Assembly (NCBI RefSeq): GCF_004010195.1
Contig: NC_057753.1
Span: forward strand, 3,751,514-3,803,075
Source: Chiloscyllium plagiosum
Lineage: Eukaryota
Reading direction: 5' to 3'
DNA: 51,562 bases
Below the pieces are notes generated by a model. The model ran no database searches. It saw nothing but the letters and a program-made list of their open reading frames with translations, and was not told the origin of the DNA. Below, piece by piece: positions 1 through 10,921 of this stretch; within the stretch, counting starts at the first letter, position 1; each line of letters starts with the position of its first letter. A program made the position numbers and the translations under genes.

Positions 1-699
1 GTCCCATCTCTTCTAGAGGCACGTATAAGCATCTGTTAACAAGTTGGTTAGTAAATATCCAGTGCTCCAGTTTGTGGTAACAGAATGACAATTTGGTCAC
101 AGGTTGTGAAGAGCCACAGATTGGCTGGAAATCAATTTCATAGCTTACCATGATTGCCATGGCTAGTAGGATGCAAAAGATGCGCATCATAAGAAAATGT
201 CAAGTCAGAATGCTTTGTCCAACTCCCACTCCAGAGATGTGAGTATAACATCCCGGCTGACTGTTCAGTGCAGCACTGAGGAACTGCTGCAGTTTCAGAA
301 ATGCTGTCTTGCAGATGTGGCAGTAAACCCAATCATGTGGGTGCTGGAGATCGCATGGATTCTCATAAACTTCCTGTACAATCACGGCAAAAGAAGAAAG
401 AAAGGCAGTACCAATCAGATTTAGCGAGAAGTGGGAACCACAGGAGACAGAACGCTTTATCACTTTTTGCAATTCCCTTTTTCAAATAAAAGGACACACT
501 GTGTTTTTAACCCTTGAAAGAAGAGAAGTCCCTGAGATTATTGTTTCACTGGTTAAGCTAATTTAGTTTGATGTTCTGAATCCTGGAAGTTGCACAAGGT
601 ATTTACTTCATTGGGTCAAAGAAGAAATGATGAATTTTATGTAATTAATATGAATGTGAATTTGAAGACATGAAGGGGTCCAGGCCGTGCCAACATGGA

Positions 700-1010
700 G
701 ACTTCCTTTTTCCCTTGCGAGACTTGGACATCGCTGGCTGGCAAGCATTTTTCTATCGTCCGTCGCTAGTTTCCCCTGCAAAGGTGGTGGTGAGCTGCCT
801 TCTTCAACTGTTGGAGTCCACATGCTGGAAGTTGTCTCTCAATGCAATTATGGAGAGGACTTCAGGAACTTTAGCCAACGAAATGAAGGAATGGTGGTAT
901 TTGCAAGTCAGGACTGGTGAGTGGCTTGGAGGGGAACATTACATGGGGTGGTTTTCCCATTTATCTGTTGCCCTTGTCCTTCTAGTTGTAAGTGGTCATT
1001 GTTATGAAGA
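700..1010 (-). mobile_element. Degenerate LINE (CR1/L2-type) 3' end
   Basis: Resembles a recurrent elasmobranch LINE tail (ggtggtggtgagctgccttctt...gcccttgtccttctag); a related stub lies at ~23810-23910. Recognised from memory. Confidence 0.45.
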
Positions 1011-2142
1011 TGTAAGGGGTTTTGTACTTTTAAGAGAGTTGAAAAGCTAGCAATGACTTAGAGAAGCACAGAGAGTCTGGAACAAGGTAACAACGTAACG
1101 CTTGGTCAGAACAGCTCTCAGATTGGGTTTTAAAGGATTCACAGTCAGGTACAATATTGGATGCTTCACAGGCGAACAAAGTGTGTATGGGATACAAACC
1201 CACTTCTCAAAGAAAATGCACTTTCCGCCAAGAGGCCAGTTAATAATGCCGTATACTATGTCGCCCTTTCAACTATTGTTGCCCCAAATGAAGTCCTTCT
1301 GTCAGTTACTCCTTCTGAAATGCATTAGCTGTTTGGACTGTTCCAGTAGCTGACTGTTGATGGCAGCTTGCACAACAGGTTTCCCCCGGAGTAATCTGAA
1401 GGAGCTGCGTCAGTTGGATAGGCGTTACGAGTTGAAGCCTCGAAATATTATTTTGTTTTTGCAATTATATTCAACGGGTGACTCTATTTTCATCCTTGTA
1501 CTTGGCCTGAAAAGAGGTGTGAATCATCCACCCGAAACCCAACTTCTCAAGAATACTTCTAAAATGTATCAATTTTCAGCAACCAGCACTTCACCACTGA
1601 CTTATATCCATTTGCAAGACGTTGTTGTCGCGACTTGGAATAAGGTTTACCCTCCATCTTTAAATGCTGCAGATGGTTCTGAACCACCTTATGAAACCAC
1701 GGTAAACCACATGTTGCACGTCCATTAGGAGCTGCAAACAAGCTCTCCCGCAGCTCTGCCTCGCAACTGAGGAACAGCATCTGGCGAATGGTTTTGTTTT
1801 GCCACAGATGCCATTATACGTTTCTGTGCACACGTAATTCAAATCGTTACCTCGAAGCTATGTTCTCATGGCAGTTTACCTCCCATTTTATTTACCCACT
1901 CTCCAGTCCTGTGCAAATGGGATTAATTGTTCCAAATCGATGGAACTGCAGTCTTTTGAACAGTGCGCGCTTTAAAATGTAATTCACTGTTAACAGTATG
2001 TCACTTTATACCCAATCATTGTTACCAGTTTAACCTTCATTGCAGATGTCTCAGAAAGAGTTAATGCTGATCATGTTATGCAGGTTTATACAATACTGAA
2101 ACAACCACAACCAAACACTGATTTGAGGAGCATCAATATTCT

Positions 2143-2435
2143 AAAGGTAAAGTTGCCAAAGTCCGCTGTCCCATTAGAGAGAGACTACTGGAGATTCACC
2201 AGGCACCTGGTGAAAAGGTGAGGGGTGAGGTCATGGTGACCTCAATTAGTCTCGGAATTGAAACCATGCGATCAGCGTCACTCTGCATTGTGAATCAGCT
2301 GTCCGAGCCAGCTGAGCTAACCATTGCCAACCACGCCCTTCACCTGAGACTTGGTGACCCTCAGGTTAAATAGCACTAGTTACCTCTGGTAAGAGGGCAG
2401 CCCTGTGGTCCTCTGGGACAATGTAGACTTTACCC
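2143..2435. mobile_element. tRNA-derived SINE (minus, 2143-2322) next to a plus-strand 3' half of the same family (2330-2435)
   Basis: The minus strand reads ggttagctcagctgg (A box) ... ggtttcaattcc (B box). The 3' half matches the reverse complement of 5530-5640. Confidence 0.55.
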
Positions 2436-2799
2436 TCACCACAGATATTACCTCACCATCACATACTTGGGAAAGCCATGAGATAGGTGCCTCAATTTGG
2501 TTCCGACTCGAGATGGTTTTTCTGAAGATATTCACAAATCCACACTCATTTCAAGCATGATGCAACTCTCAAGTGAAGGATATGTTTTCTTAAAAAGTTG
2601 CACATCATACTACTTGTCACAGCCTTTGAATTTTTTAGATTGTTTTATCGGAAAAGAGGTGATATTAAATTGTCCTGATGCGGGGAAATTGATATCCAGT
2701 TTGTGTATAGCAAGATCCATAAATAACAGTAGGGCACTCACCAGATAACATGTTTGGGGATGTTATGAAGGATTATGTATACTGTGTAAACTCACTGTT

Positions 2800-3030
2800 G
2801 TAGAAATGTACAACGCGTAAAAATGCCTTTGGGTCCAACCCAACAGCTCCAGTCAAAAGCAATCCCATTTGCCAGCACTTGGCACTATAGCCTTGTATGC
2901 CTTGGCATCATAACTGCACACGTAAACGCTTCTTAAGAGGGTTCTGCCTGTGCTACCCTTACAGCCAGTCAGTTCCAGATTCCAACCACCCTCTGGGTGA
3001 TTTTGTTTTCTTACATCTCCTCTCACTGAG
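2800..3030 (-). mobile_element. CR1/HER1 LINE 3' tail remnant
   Basis: Similar to the tails at 14187-14450 and 37772-38012 (cccatttgccagcacttggc...ccaccctctgggtga). Confidence 0.55.
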
Positions 3031-3466
3031 TCACAGAGTCATAAATTGTGCTGTCTTTGAAGAAGTGCTATCACATGCATGAGAACAAGTGGAGTTTAAA
3101 TTTAACATCACTTCGATAAATTTCCTGAATATTTTAATCCCTGAAATGTTATTTGTTAGCCTCTATTTTGTATGCATTTTTTTTGTATTCATATAGATAC
3201 ATATTATTTTGCCTTAAAGCATGATTTGGACCAATTATGTGAATTTATTACAACCTAGAAGGGAAAAGGAGGGGATAACAATAATAATCCAAATGGTTTA
3301 GACTACGGCCAATCAGTCTGTGAGACCAGTGGGGTATGGTTGATCTCTTTGTCACCATTTGAGTTTTCTCTGGTTTGGGGCACTAAGTCTTGGCATTACT
3401 CTATTTGTCAATTATTGATTGAAAATGGCTCTCACGGTCATTGTACCATCCATTCCTATTGCTGAA

Positions 3467-3685
3467 ACGAAAATAGAAATTGCAGGGGAACTAACCAGGT
3501 CTGACAGTGTGTGTGGAGAGAAAACAGAGTTACCATTTTTAGTCCAGTAATGCTTCTTCAGAACTGAAGAACTTCAAAACCAATTCCGAGAAGAGTCACT
3601 GAACCTGAAACATTAACTCTGCTTTCTCTCCACAGATGCTCCCAGACCTGCTGACTTTTTCCAGCAAGTTCTGTGTTGATATTGA
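3467..3685. mobile_element. Head-to-head pair of Penelope-like terminal repeats (family C, CTGAAGA hammerhead core)
   Basis: Imperfect inverted arms (tgtggagagaaaacagagtta / taactctgctttctctccaca) around ctgaagaa...gaaacattaac; same family as 6515-6750. Confidence 0.65.
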
Positions 3686-4181
3686 TGAAATTTGGACGTT
3701 GCTGAGTTAATCATTTCTGAGGCAGCAACCACAAATTTTGTGAAGGCAGAACAAAGACAAGAAACCTGGTCAGCAAAGGTGACGTCTGTTCTTGAAATAA
3801 AGATCAAAATCTGTCTGATAGCAGACCATAAACTGGTGCAAACATATTCAACGTGAAGAGAAGCCATGAGACCTACCTAGTATATGAGATCTGATTCTTC
3901 TACCAACTACTTTGTGGATATATTCTGGGAGAACAATGTTATTTGTGTTTCAGTATAGTCTGTTGGTATTGTGATCTTTCTTTGACTGTGTGTTGATCTG
4001 GAGGGTAGGATCTGTGGAAGTGATGCCATGCTGTGAACCATTCAGCACTAATGCGGAATGGTGAGGCAGTGCTGTGCAGATGTTATCTGTAATCACAGAG
4101 GAAAACGTGTGCTCACACGTACAGACAAGCACTGTGCACATGAACAGATTGGACAAGGGCTGCCTGACTGTGTAGCGAGAG

Positions 4182-4308
4182 ATTCCTGATGAAGGGCTTT
4201 TGCCCGAAACATTGATTCTCCTGCTCCTCAGATGCTACCTGACCTGCTGTGCTTTTCTAGCACCACACTCTTGACTCTGATCTCCAGCATCTGCAGTCCT
4301 CACTTTCT
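4182..4308 (+). mobile_element. Penelope-like terminal repeat (family A) with minimal hammerhead motif
   Basis: CTGATGA (4186-4192)-aGGGC tttt GCCC-GAAA (4206-4209), followed by the ~120-bp repeat ending gcagtcctcactttctcc. This repeat adjoins PLE ORF fragments at 12990-13320 and 46505-46710. Confidence 0.8.
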
Positions 4309-4619
4309 CCCTGTGCAGTGAGATGTCCCCGGACAGTTTTGAAGCTGTCTATGACCTCTATATCCTTTTGAAAGGGTCAGTGCAGTGGAGACAACAACAA
4401 AGGAAAGAAGACAAAGAGGAGGAATAAAGCAAGAATTTTGGATACTATAAGGAAACAATTTCAATTTGCTGTCCTGATCTGACATTGGACATTTATATTT
4501 GTTTCATTCTGTCTTCACTGCCTGAACTTGACCTTTAGTCTGAAGCTTTGTCCTGACTTTCTCTTAATAAAGCTGCTCCATAGCTGAATATTATTGCAAT
4601 ATCAGATCCTTTTCTCAAC

Positions 4620-4870
4620 AAAGTGCAAGTTCACACCAGGAAGATGCCATTCCATATGTGGGAGAGGATCCTTTTGTTTGTGCAGCCTCATTGCACTTCT
4701 CATTGTAAAAGATCTTTTTCATTATTTGTACAGAATGGAGGGTTTTCAAAGCAGTGAAGTTCTATTAAAATACCAGTGCACTCACTGGAGGGAAACCAGT
4801 CACTTGAGTTGAGTGTGGAAAGGGATTCACTCTGTCCTTCAACCTGCAGACACACTAGTGAGCTCCCATC
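4620..4870 (+). pseudogene. Decayed C2H2 zinc-finger gene remnant
   Basis: Reads ...QVHTRKMPF / CGRG... / LLKYQCTH (frameshift) GGKPVT*VECGKGFTLSFNLQTH**, i.e. HTGEKP-linked fingers with stops and frameshifts. Confidence 0.75.
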
Positions 4871-5409
4871 TGACTGAGTTCTTGGATTCTGTTGTTCTCC
4901 TAGCCACTTCCATTTGGTATGAAGATGGCGGATCATTTAACTCAGTATCCTGTTCCACTTCCTCCCCAAAGCTTTTGATCCCACAAGCTTCCACAAGCTT
5001 CAGTTTCTTGTGGACACTCACCACAGGAATGACTGTACAGTGTTCTCCACAAACAATGTCCCAGATGGACATTTCAATTCTCATTCCACTCCTTGATAAC
5101 ATATAGTCTTTTCACTTGGAATTCTGTGCAGTGTGATTGATTAGTACCCCTACGCAACCATCTCTCAATGACTGAAGCCAAAGGAGGAAGATGCTCTCAG
5201 CACTTGTGAAACATCACAGGAGAGAAGTGGTTTCAAGCAGGATAGATGATGGCAATGGGGGGTTTTGTTTTCTCTTTATGGTTGGTACTACTTGCTAACT
5301 GTCCCTATAAGTGCAGGAGAAACCTTTTGACAGGATTTGCCTTATTATAGCATTATTTAAGGTCTGTACTACTAAACAACTACAAAATAAGAAGTATAAA
5401 TGCAATAAT

Positions 5410-6500
5410 GATGCAGCAGAAGCGGGACCTGGGTGTACATTTGGATAACACTTTAAATGGAAGGACAACTTGAAAAAGTGATTAATGAAGCAGACAGTAT
5501 GCTAGGCATTATAAATAGGGGTGGCAGTAGTAGTGTCACCATAGTCTCAGAGGACCATTGGACTGCTCTCATTAGGGAAAAAGGGTTGTTGGTGAATTTA
5601 ACGAGGGTCACCATAACTCAAGCAAAGGGAGAGGTTGAGGAGGTGGCTCAGTGGCTAACACTGCTGCCTCATAACACCACAGACCCAGGTTTGATTCCAC
5701 CCTCAGGCACCTGTCTATGTGGAGTTTGCACATTCTCCTGGTGTCTGTGTGGGTTTCCTCCGCAATCCAAAGATGTGCAGGTTAGTCGAATTGGCCATGC
5801 TAAATTGCCTGTAGTGTTCAGGGATGTGTAGGTTAGGTGCATTAGTCGGGGGAAATGTTGAGTACTCGTGTAAGAGAATGGGCTGGAGTGGGTTAGTCTT
5901 CAGAGGGTCAGTGTTGATGTAGGCCAAGTGGCCTGTTTCCACACTGTAGGCATTCAATGATAAAGTGGAGCTCCATGGTGACGTCAGCCAGGTGAACTGA
6001 ACCCCTGCTAGTGGCATCAATCCATATCATAAACGAGTCAACAGAGTAATCAAGTTATGTTGAATTTCTATGAAAGATGGATTAAGCCTCAGTTAGAATA
6101 TTCTGTTCAGTTCTGGCCTCTGCACTTTAGGAATATGTGAAGGCTTTGGAGAGAAAGGATTCAAGAGAATGGATCCAGAGCTTGGAGGTTTCAGTTATTG
6201 ATTATATGGCCTCTTGATGGCTGAGAGGACATATAATCAAAGTATTCAAATTCAGAAGTGAAATGGACAGAGTAACTAGGGATTCTGATGGCAGGATTGA
6301 GAATGAGATGGCACAGATTTTAAGTAATCAATACAAGAATCAAAAGTTATCTCAGAAAAAAAAGAACTCTTTCAGTGGTTAATGTCTGTAATGTACCACC
6401 CAAGAATGTAGTTTCAATCAAGGCATTCAAAATAATCCAGATGACTATTTGAAATGGAAGAATGTGTCGGGTTCCTGGAAGAAGACTGGCAAATAGTGCT
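5410..6500 (+). mobile_element. Old CR1 LINE 3' part interrupted by nested SINEs (5521-6035)
   Basis: QKRDLGVHLDNTL / GQLEKVINEADSMLGIINRG before the insert; KPQLEYSVQFW-type sequence resumes at ~6040. Confidence 0.7.
5641..5961 (+). mobile_element. HE1-type V-SINE nested in another SINE
   Basis: tRNA-like head gtggctcagtggctaacactgctgcctc, V-domain tgtggagtttgcacattctcc, tail gcctgtttccacactgtagg. Confidence 0.85.
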
Positions 6501-6514
6501 AATTAATGCTAAGC

Positions 6515-6750
6515 AAAACTAGAAATTGCTGGATAGGTTCAGCAGGTGTGGTATCATCTGTTTAGAGAAATCAGAGATAATGTTTTGGGTTCAATGATCC
6601 TTCCTCAGAACAATTCTGAAGAAGGGTCACTGAACCTGAAACATTAACTCAGATTTTTCTCCACAAATACTGCCAGACTTGCTGAGCATTTCTAGGAATT
6701 TCGGTTTACAGTTCTGATTTCCAGCATCCACAGTCCTTTTGGTTTTTACT
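6515..6750. mobile_element. Head-to-head PLE terminal-repeat pair (family C)
   Basis: Inverted arms; plus-strand core CTGAAGA (6616-6622)-agggtcactgaacct-GAAA-cattaac; mirror core on minus at ~6575-6612. Confidence 0.7.
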
Positions 6751-6970
6751 AATTAATGCTAATTTGGACATGCTAATGTAAGATGTGCACAATGGACTCT
6801 TTCTGCATTGCAACAATAACAAAGATGGGATTGTGGGTCATCCGTTCAGATTCTTGCTCAGATTCTGGTTGAGATAGAATCAGTATAATTTATTTTCTGA
6901 CAGTGTTATTTGACTCTTCAGCTCCATTGTCCATCCCATAACAGGAAACAACTTTGATAGAATCAGACAG

Positions 6971-7290
6971 AGGCCGCGTGGTGGCTCGGTGGTCAGCACT
7001 GCTGCCTCACAGAGCCAAGGACCTGGGTTTGATTCCAGCCTGGGGAGACTACCTGTGCGGAATTTGCACGTTCTCCCAGTGTTTGTGTGTGCGGTTGCTC
7101 TGGTTTCCTCTCATGGTCCAAAGGTGTGCAGGTTAGCTGGGTGGGCCATGCTAAATAGTGTGCTGGAATATGCAGAGTGGGTGGATTGACCAAGGGAATT
7201 GCATTAATAAAGTAAGGGCTGGGCCTGGGTGGCATGCTCATAGCAGGGCCGATGGGCCAAATGGTCTCCTTCAGTCCTTGAGGGCTTCTC
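6971..7290 (+). mobile_element. HE1-type V-SINE
   Basis: Head, V-domain and tail as in the other copies. Confidence 0.85.
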
Positions 7291-7319
7291 CAATCCCATC
7301 ATTCCATAGGGGTGAACAT

Positions 7320-7685
7320 ACCCATAATCCCCCGCGGTGCAGACCGTCGACCCAGAGGCAGGAGAGCAGTGCGCAGGCGCAGAGTCGGCAGCGACTGGAA
7401 AATGCGCGGAGAGGGCGAAGGCGATGGGCTCCGTAAACCTCGGTGATGATGCAGGAAGGAGGAGCCGGTCGATCGCGCGAATGGACTGAGAGATTTCGTG
7501 AAGGGCTCGTGTAAGCCGCAAACCCCGAGTAGAATTACCCCGCGCCGCCGTTTGCACCCAAATGACCGACGGCTCCGGGCTTCCTCCCGGCGGCAGGGCC
7601 CTGCGCCGCTGCCGCCATCTTTGTTGGGGGCACTGGCGGCTCAGACGCATGCGTGGCCGCCATCTTTGTAGGGGGCAACGTTTTG
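7320..7685 (+). promoter_or_regulatory. CpG-island promoter and probable non-coding exon 1 of ZNF gene A
   Basis: Dense CpG; NRF1-like tgcgcaggcgca (~7370) and acgcatgcgt; candidate donor gtaagc at 7511; two YY1 sites gccgccatctttg at 7611 and 7656. Confidence 0.75.
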
Positions 7686-7687
7686 AA

Positions 7688-7957
7688 TGAGTGGGCGGAG
7701 CTTGCTGCCCATTGTTCCGGGTGGAGACAACTTGTCCATCAGGCTGCATCAGCCCTTCACACCCAATGTCTTGTTGATGAGGCAGAGAGGCTTCAAAGAA
7801 GGAAAGGAAGCAAATCCTGCTCTCCAGGTCTCACTGTGCCATGGGTCTCTTTGCTCCATGTGTTCAAAGATCTGTGGCTCCTTTTAGACACGTGCACCTA
7901 CAGACCCAAAACTCAGGACCCTGTGCGGAAGTCATCCTCAAATTGAGTGACTGACCA
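7688..7957 (+). mobile_element. RTE-clade LINE 3' end
   Basis: NEWAELAAHCSGWRQLVHQAA...EAERLQRRK followed by CSMCSKICGS, the characteristic RTE C-terminus. Confidence 0.7.
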
Positions 7958-8062
7958 ATCACACCAACAGGTGGAGTGCATAGTCATCTAGGGCGAGGTG
8001 GAAGGGATGTTTTTAATTTCTATATTGCACTAATAGTGATGGATTTTGCAACGTCCTTTTAC

Positions 8063-8619
8063 AGGGTGCCATGGTGTCTCAGTGGTTAGCACTGCTGCCT
8101 CACAGCACCAGGGACCCGGGTTCAATTTCAGCCAAAAGCGACTGTCTGCGTGGAATTCGTACGTCCTCCCCCCCTCTCTGTGGGTTTCCTCTGGGTGAAA
8201 AATGTGTTGCTGGAAAAGCACAGTAGGTCAGGCAGCATCCAAGGAGCAGGAGAATTGACATTTCGGGCATAAGCCCTTCTCCTGCCCAAAACGTCGATTC
8301 TCCTGCTCCTTGGATGCTGCCTGACCTGCTGCGTGTTTCCAGCAACACATTTTTCAGCTCTGATCTCCAGCATCTGCGGAACTCACTTTCCTCCGGGTGC
8401 TCTTGTTTCCTTCCACAATCCAACGATGTGCAGGTTAGGCTGAATTGGCCGCGCTATGTTGCCCATAGTGTGGAACATGTAGGCTAGGTGTGTTAGTCAG
8501 GGGTAAATGTAGAGTATTAGGATTGGGGAGTGGGTTTGGTGGGATACTCTTCGGAGGGTTAGTGTGGACTTGTTGAGCTGAAGGGCCTGTTACCACACTA
8601 TAGGGAGCCTATGATTCTA
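8063..8619 (+). mobile_element. HE1-type V-SINE split by a PLE mini-palindrome
   Basis: HE1 sequence stops at ...gtttcctctgggtg (8197) and resumes at ...cctccgggtgc (~8390). Confidence 0.85.
8197..8390. mobile_element. Head-to-head PLE terminal-repeat pair (family A)
   Basis: Long inverted arms: aaaatgtgttgctggaaaagcacagtaggtcaggcagcatccaaggagcaggagaat versus its reverse complement. Confidence 0.8.
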
Positions 8620-8730
8620 AGGGTGTTAGATGGGGAGGACCTAAGCATTGCAAATTCAAACTAATAGAAGTGTTTTTTTAATGTGTAATCTGCACAGTAA
8701 GGAATGACATTTGTAAACTTCTTTCACCAG

Positions 8731-8809
8731 GATATTTGAAGAACATTCATGTCTTCTAATGGATGCGAAGATTCGATCATCAGAATCTTGATATTATCTA
8801 CCTTTGATT
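8731..8809 (+). other. Predicted 5'UTR exon 2 of ZNF gene A
   Basis: Acceptor taaacttctttcaccag|gatatt and donor gatt|gtaagt; the acceptor is homologous to that of the gene B exon at 32023-32112. Confidence 0.55.
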
Positions 8810-9029
8810 GTAAGTATTAAATTCCAGGTTAGTACCACTCACTGCATTTAATTTCTTCCCTGTATATTGTGGCCAAATTCTGGTATCTGTGATGCATCAA
8901 CTATGATTCTGAACGTTTCTTCATAGAAATGGGAGGAGGTTATTCAGCCCTTCAAGCCTGCCCATAATTCTATACAATCATGGCTGATCTAACACTTCAC
9001 TGCCTTTTACCAACCCTTCCCCATTTTAT

Positions 9030-9300
9030 TTATTCTCAGGATGTGGCGTTATTGCTCATTCCTACAATGCTGTGGGTCAGGAGTCAAATGTAGGTCAGAC
9101 CCAGTAACGATAACTGTTTCCTTAGCTCAACAGAGTTAGTGAACTGGATGGTTGTTTCCTGATAATCATCAATCGTTAGACATTTAATTTCCAGATTTTT
9201 ATTGAATACAAATTCCATCATGTGCTGTGGCAGGATTTAAATCCAGACGCTGGATTGTAGTCCAACGATAATACATGTCAGCCATCACCTCCCATGCTGG
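9030..9300 (-). mobile_element. DeuSINE-like (SacSINE1-type) remnant
   Basis: The minus strand contains ...ggaaacagttatcgttactgggtctgacctacatttgactcctgacccacagc, resembling the Deu domain. Recognised from memory. Confidence 0.5.
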
Positions 9301-9309
9301 TAATCAGAG

Positions 9310-10745
9310 GTCTGTCAATCTGCATGTTAAATATGCTCGAAGACTGAGCTTCCATAGCCCTCTGTGGTAGAAAATTCCAAAGGTTCACAACACTCTAAGT
9401 AAAATAAATTCTTCTAATTTCAGATCTATTTGGCATTTTTAAGTTGTTGCCCCCCGCGCCCCCCTCACCCCCTGATGTAGACTCCCCAGCAATAGGAAAT
9501 GGTTTACCTGTATTCAGGCAGCACTGTGGCTCAATGGTTAGCACTGCTGCCTCACAGCACCAGGGTCCCAGGTTCGATTCCAGCCTTGGGCGACTGTCTG
9601 TGTGGAGTTTGCACATTCTCCCCGTGTCTGTGTGGGTTCCCTCCGGGTGCTCCGGTTTCCTCCTACAGTCCAAAGATGTGCAGGTCAGGTGAATTGCCCA
9701 TGCTAAATTGTCCATAGTGTGAGGTCCATTAGTCAGAGGGAAATGGGCCTGGGTGGGTTACTCTTCGGAGGATCAGTGTAGACTGATTGGGCCGAAGGAC
9801 CTGTTTCCACACTGTAGGGAATCTAATCAAATTTGTATTCACTCTATCTTTCTCATAACTATTCAGTAAGCTTCAGTGAGATCACCTGTTATTCTTTGAA
9901 ACCTTAGAGAATGTAGTCCCAGTTTATCCAGAGGACAGTCCCACCATCCCAGGAACAAATCTGGTGAATCTTGTTCCACTCCATCTTTATTGAGAGACCA
10001 AAACTACACACAGTACTCCAGGTTGGTGGAACCAAGCTCCTGTACGATGGGACCAAGGCTTCACTACTGCACTCAAATCCAGTTGTGAGAAACACAAACA
10101 TTCCACATGCCTCCCTAATAGCTTGACGCATTTGCATGTTAACTTTGATCATAGAAATATACAATCCCTGCAATGTGGAAATAGGCCATTCGGCCCCCCC
10201 AAGCCCACACCGACCCTCTGAAGAGACTTATCATCAAAGACGTCCAGGTTCCCTTGTACATCTATACTTTCCAACCCTTTGCCATTTCAGAAATAATGTG
10301 CACATCTGTTTCTCCTAGGAAAGGGGAAACTTCAAGACTTTGGATATGCAATTGCGATGCCAAAGCATATAAGGTGATAGATCAATGGAATTACAGTAGT
10401 CAGGTGCTTGATTTTTAATAGTTCAGAATCGATGGTCTGAAGGACCTGTTTCTGTCTTGTAGATCTCTATCACACGATGCTGATATGATACATGTTTTTT
10501 CGCATTATATTCCAACTGCCATGTCCTTGTCCATTCCTGAAACTGCTTTACATCTTCTTCACAGTGCACATTACCCACTTAATTTTGTACCATTGCAAAT
10601 TGGAAATTTTACATTTCATCCCCGCCTCCAAATTATTGATGTGTGCTGTTGATAGCTGGGGCCCAAGTACTGGTCCGTGCAGCATCCCACTAGTCACAGC
10701 CTGCCAATGTGAGAAGACCCATTTGTTCCTACTTGTTTCTGTTAG
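9310..10745 (-). mobile_element. Fragmented CR1 LINE in the intron of ZNF gene A
   Basis: Minus translations WQAVTSGMLHGPVLGPQL and YRSLVPPTWSTVCSFG (RT and C-terminal region). Confidence 0.7.
9517..9830 (+). mobile_element. HE1-type V-SINE
   Basis: Near-consensus copy ending gggaatctaatc. Confidence 0.9.
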
Positions 10746-10921
10746 CCCTTCATTAATTGAATCTACTTTTGTGTTTTGTGGGCTCTCTGTTACTCCAATT
10801 TTTCTGTTCAAAATAAATTTCACAGAGTGTTAGAAGGGGTGGATTTGTAATTGGGCAACAGAAGCGAACGGCAAATCAGGACCTGTCTGAATTACCAAGT
10901 TTCTGGTGACCCGATTTGAAC

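Noticed and set aside
670..1728. Chain of same-frame plus ORFs (670-1050, 1102-1353, 1357-1728)
   Set aside because: No recognisable domain in the frames I translated, and the first ORF overlaps a LINE tail. It remains unexplained unique-looking sequence; a BLASTx would settle it.
2742..2795. Minus-strand exon-like segment (acag|...|gtgagt)
   Set aside because: Stops in all three frames and no linked gene or promoter in the window.
9517..9590. tRNA-like sequence at HE1 heads
   Set aside because: A/B boxes run directly into the SINE body; these are not tRNA genes.
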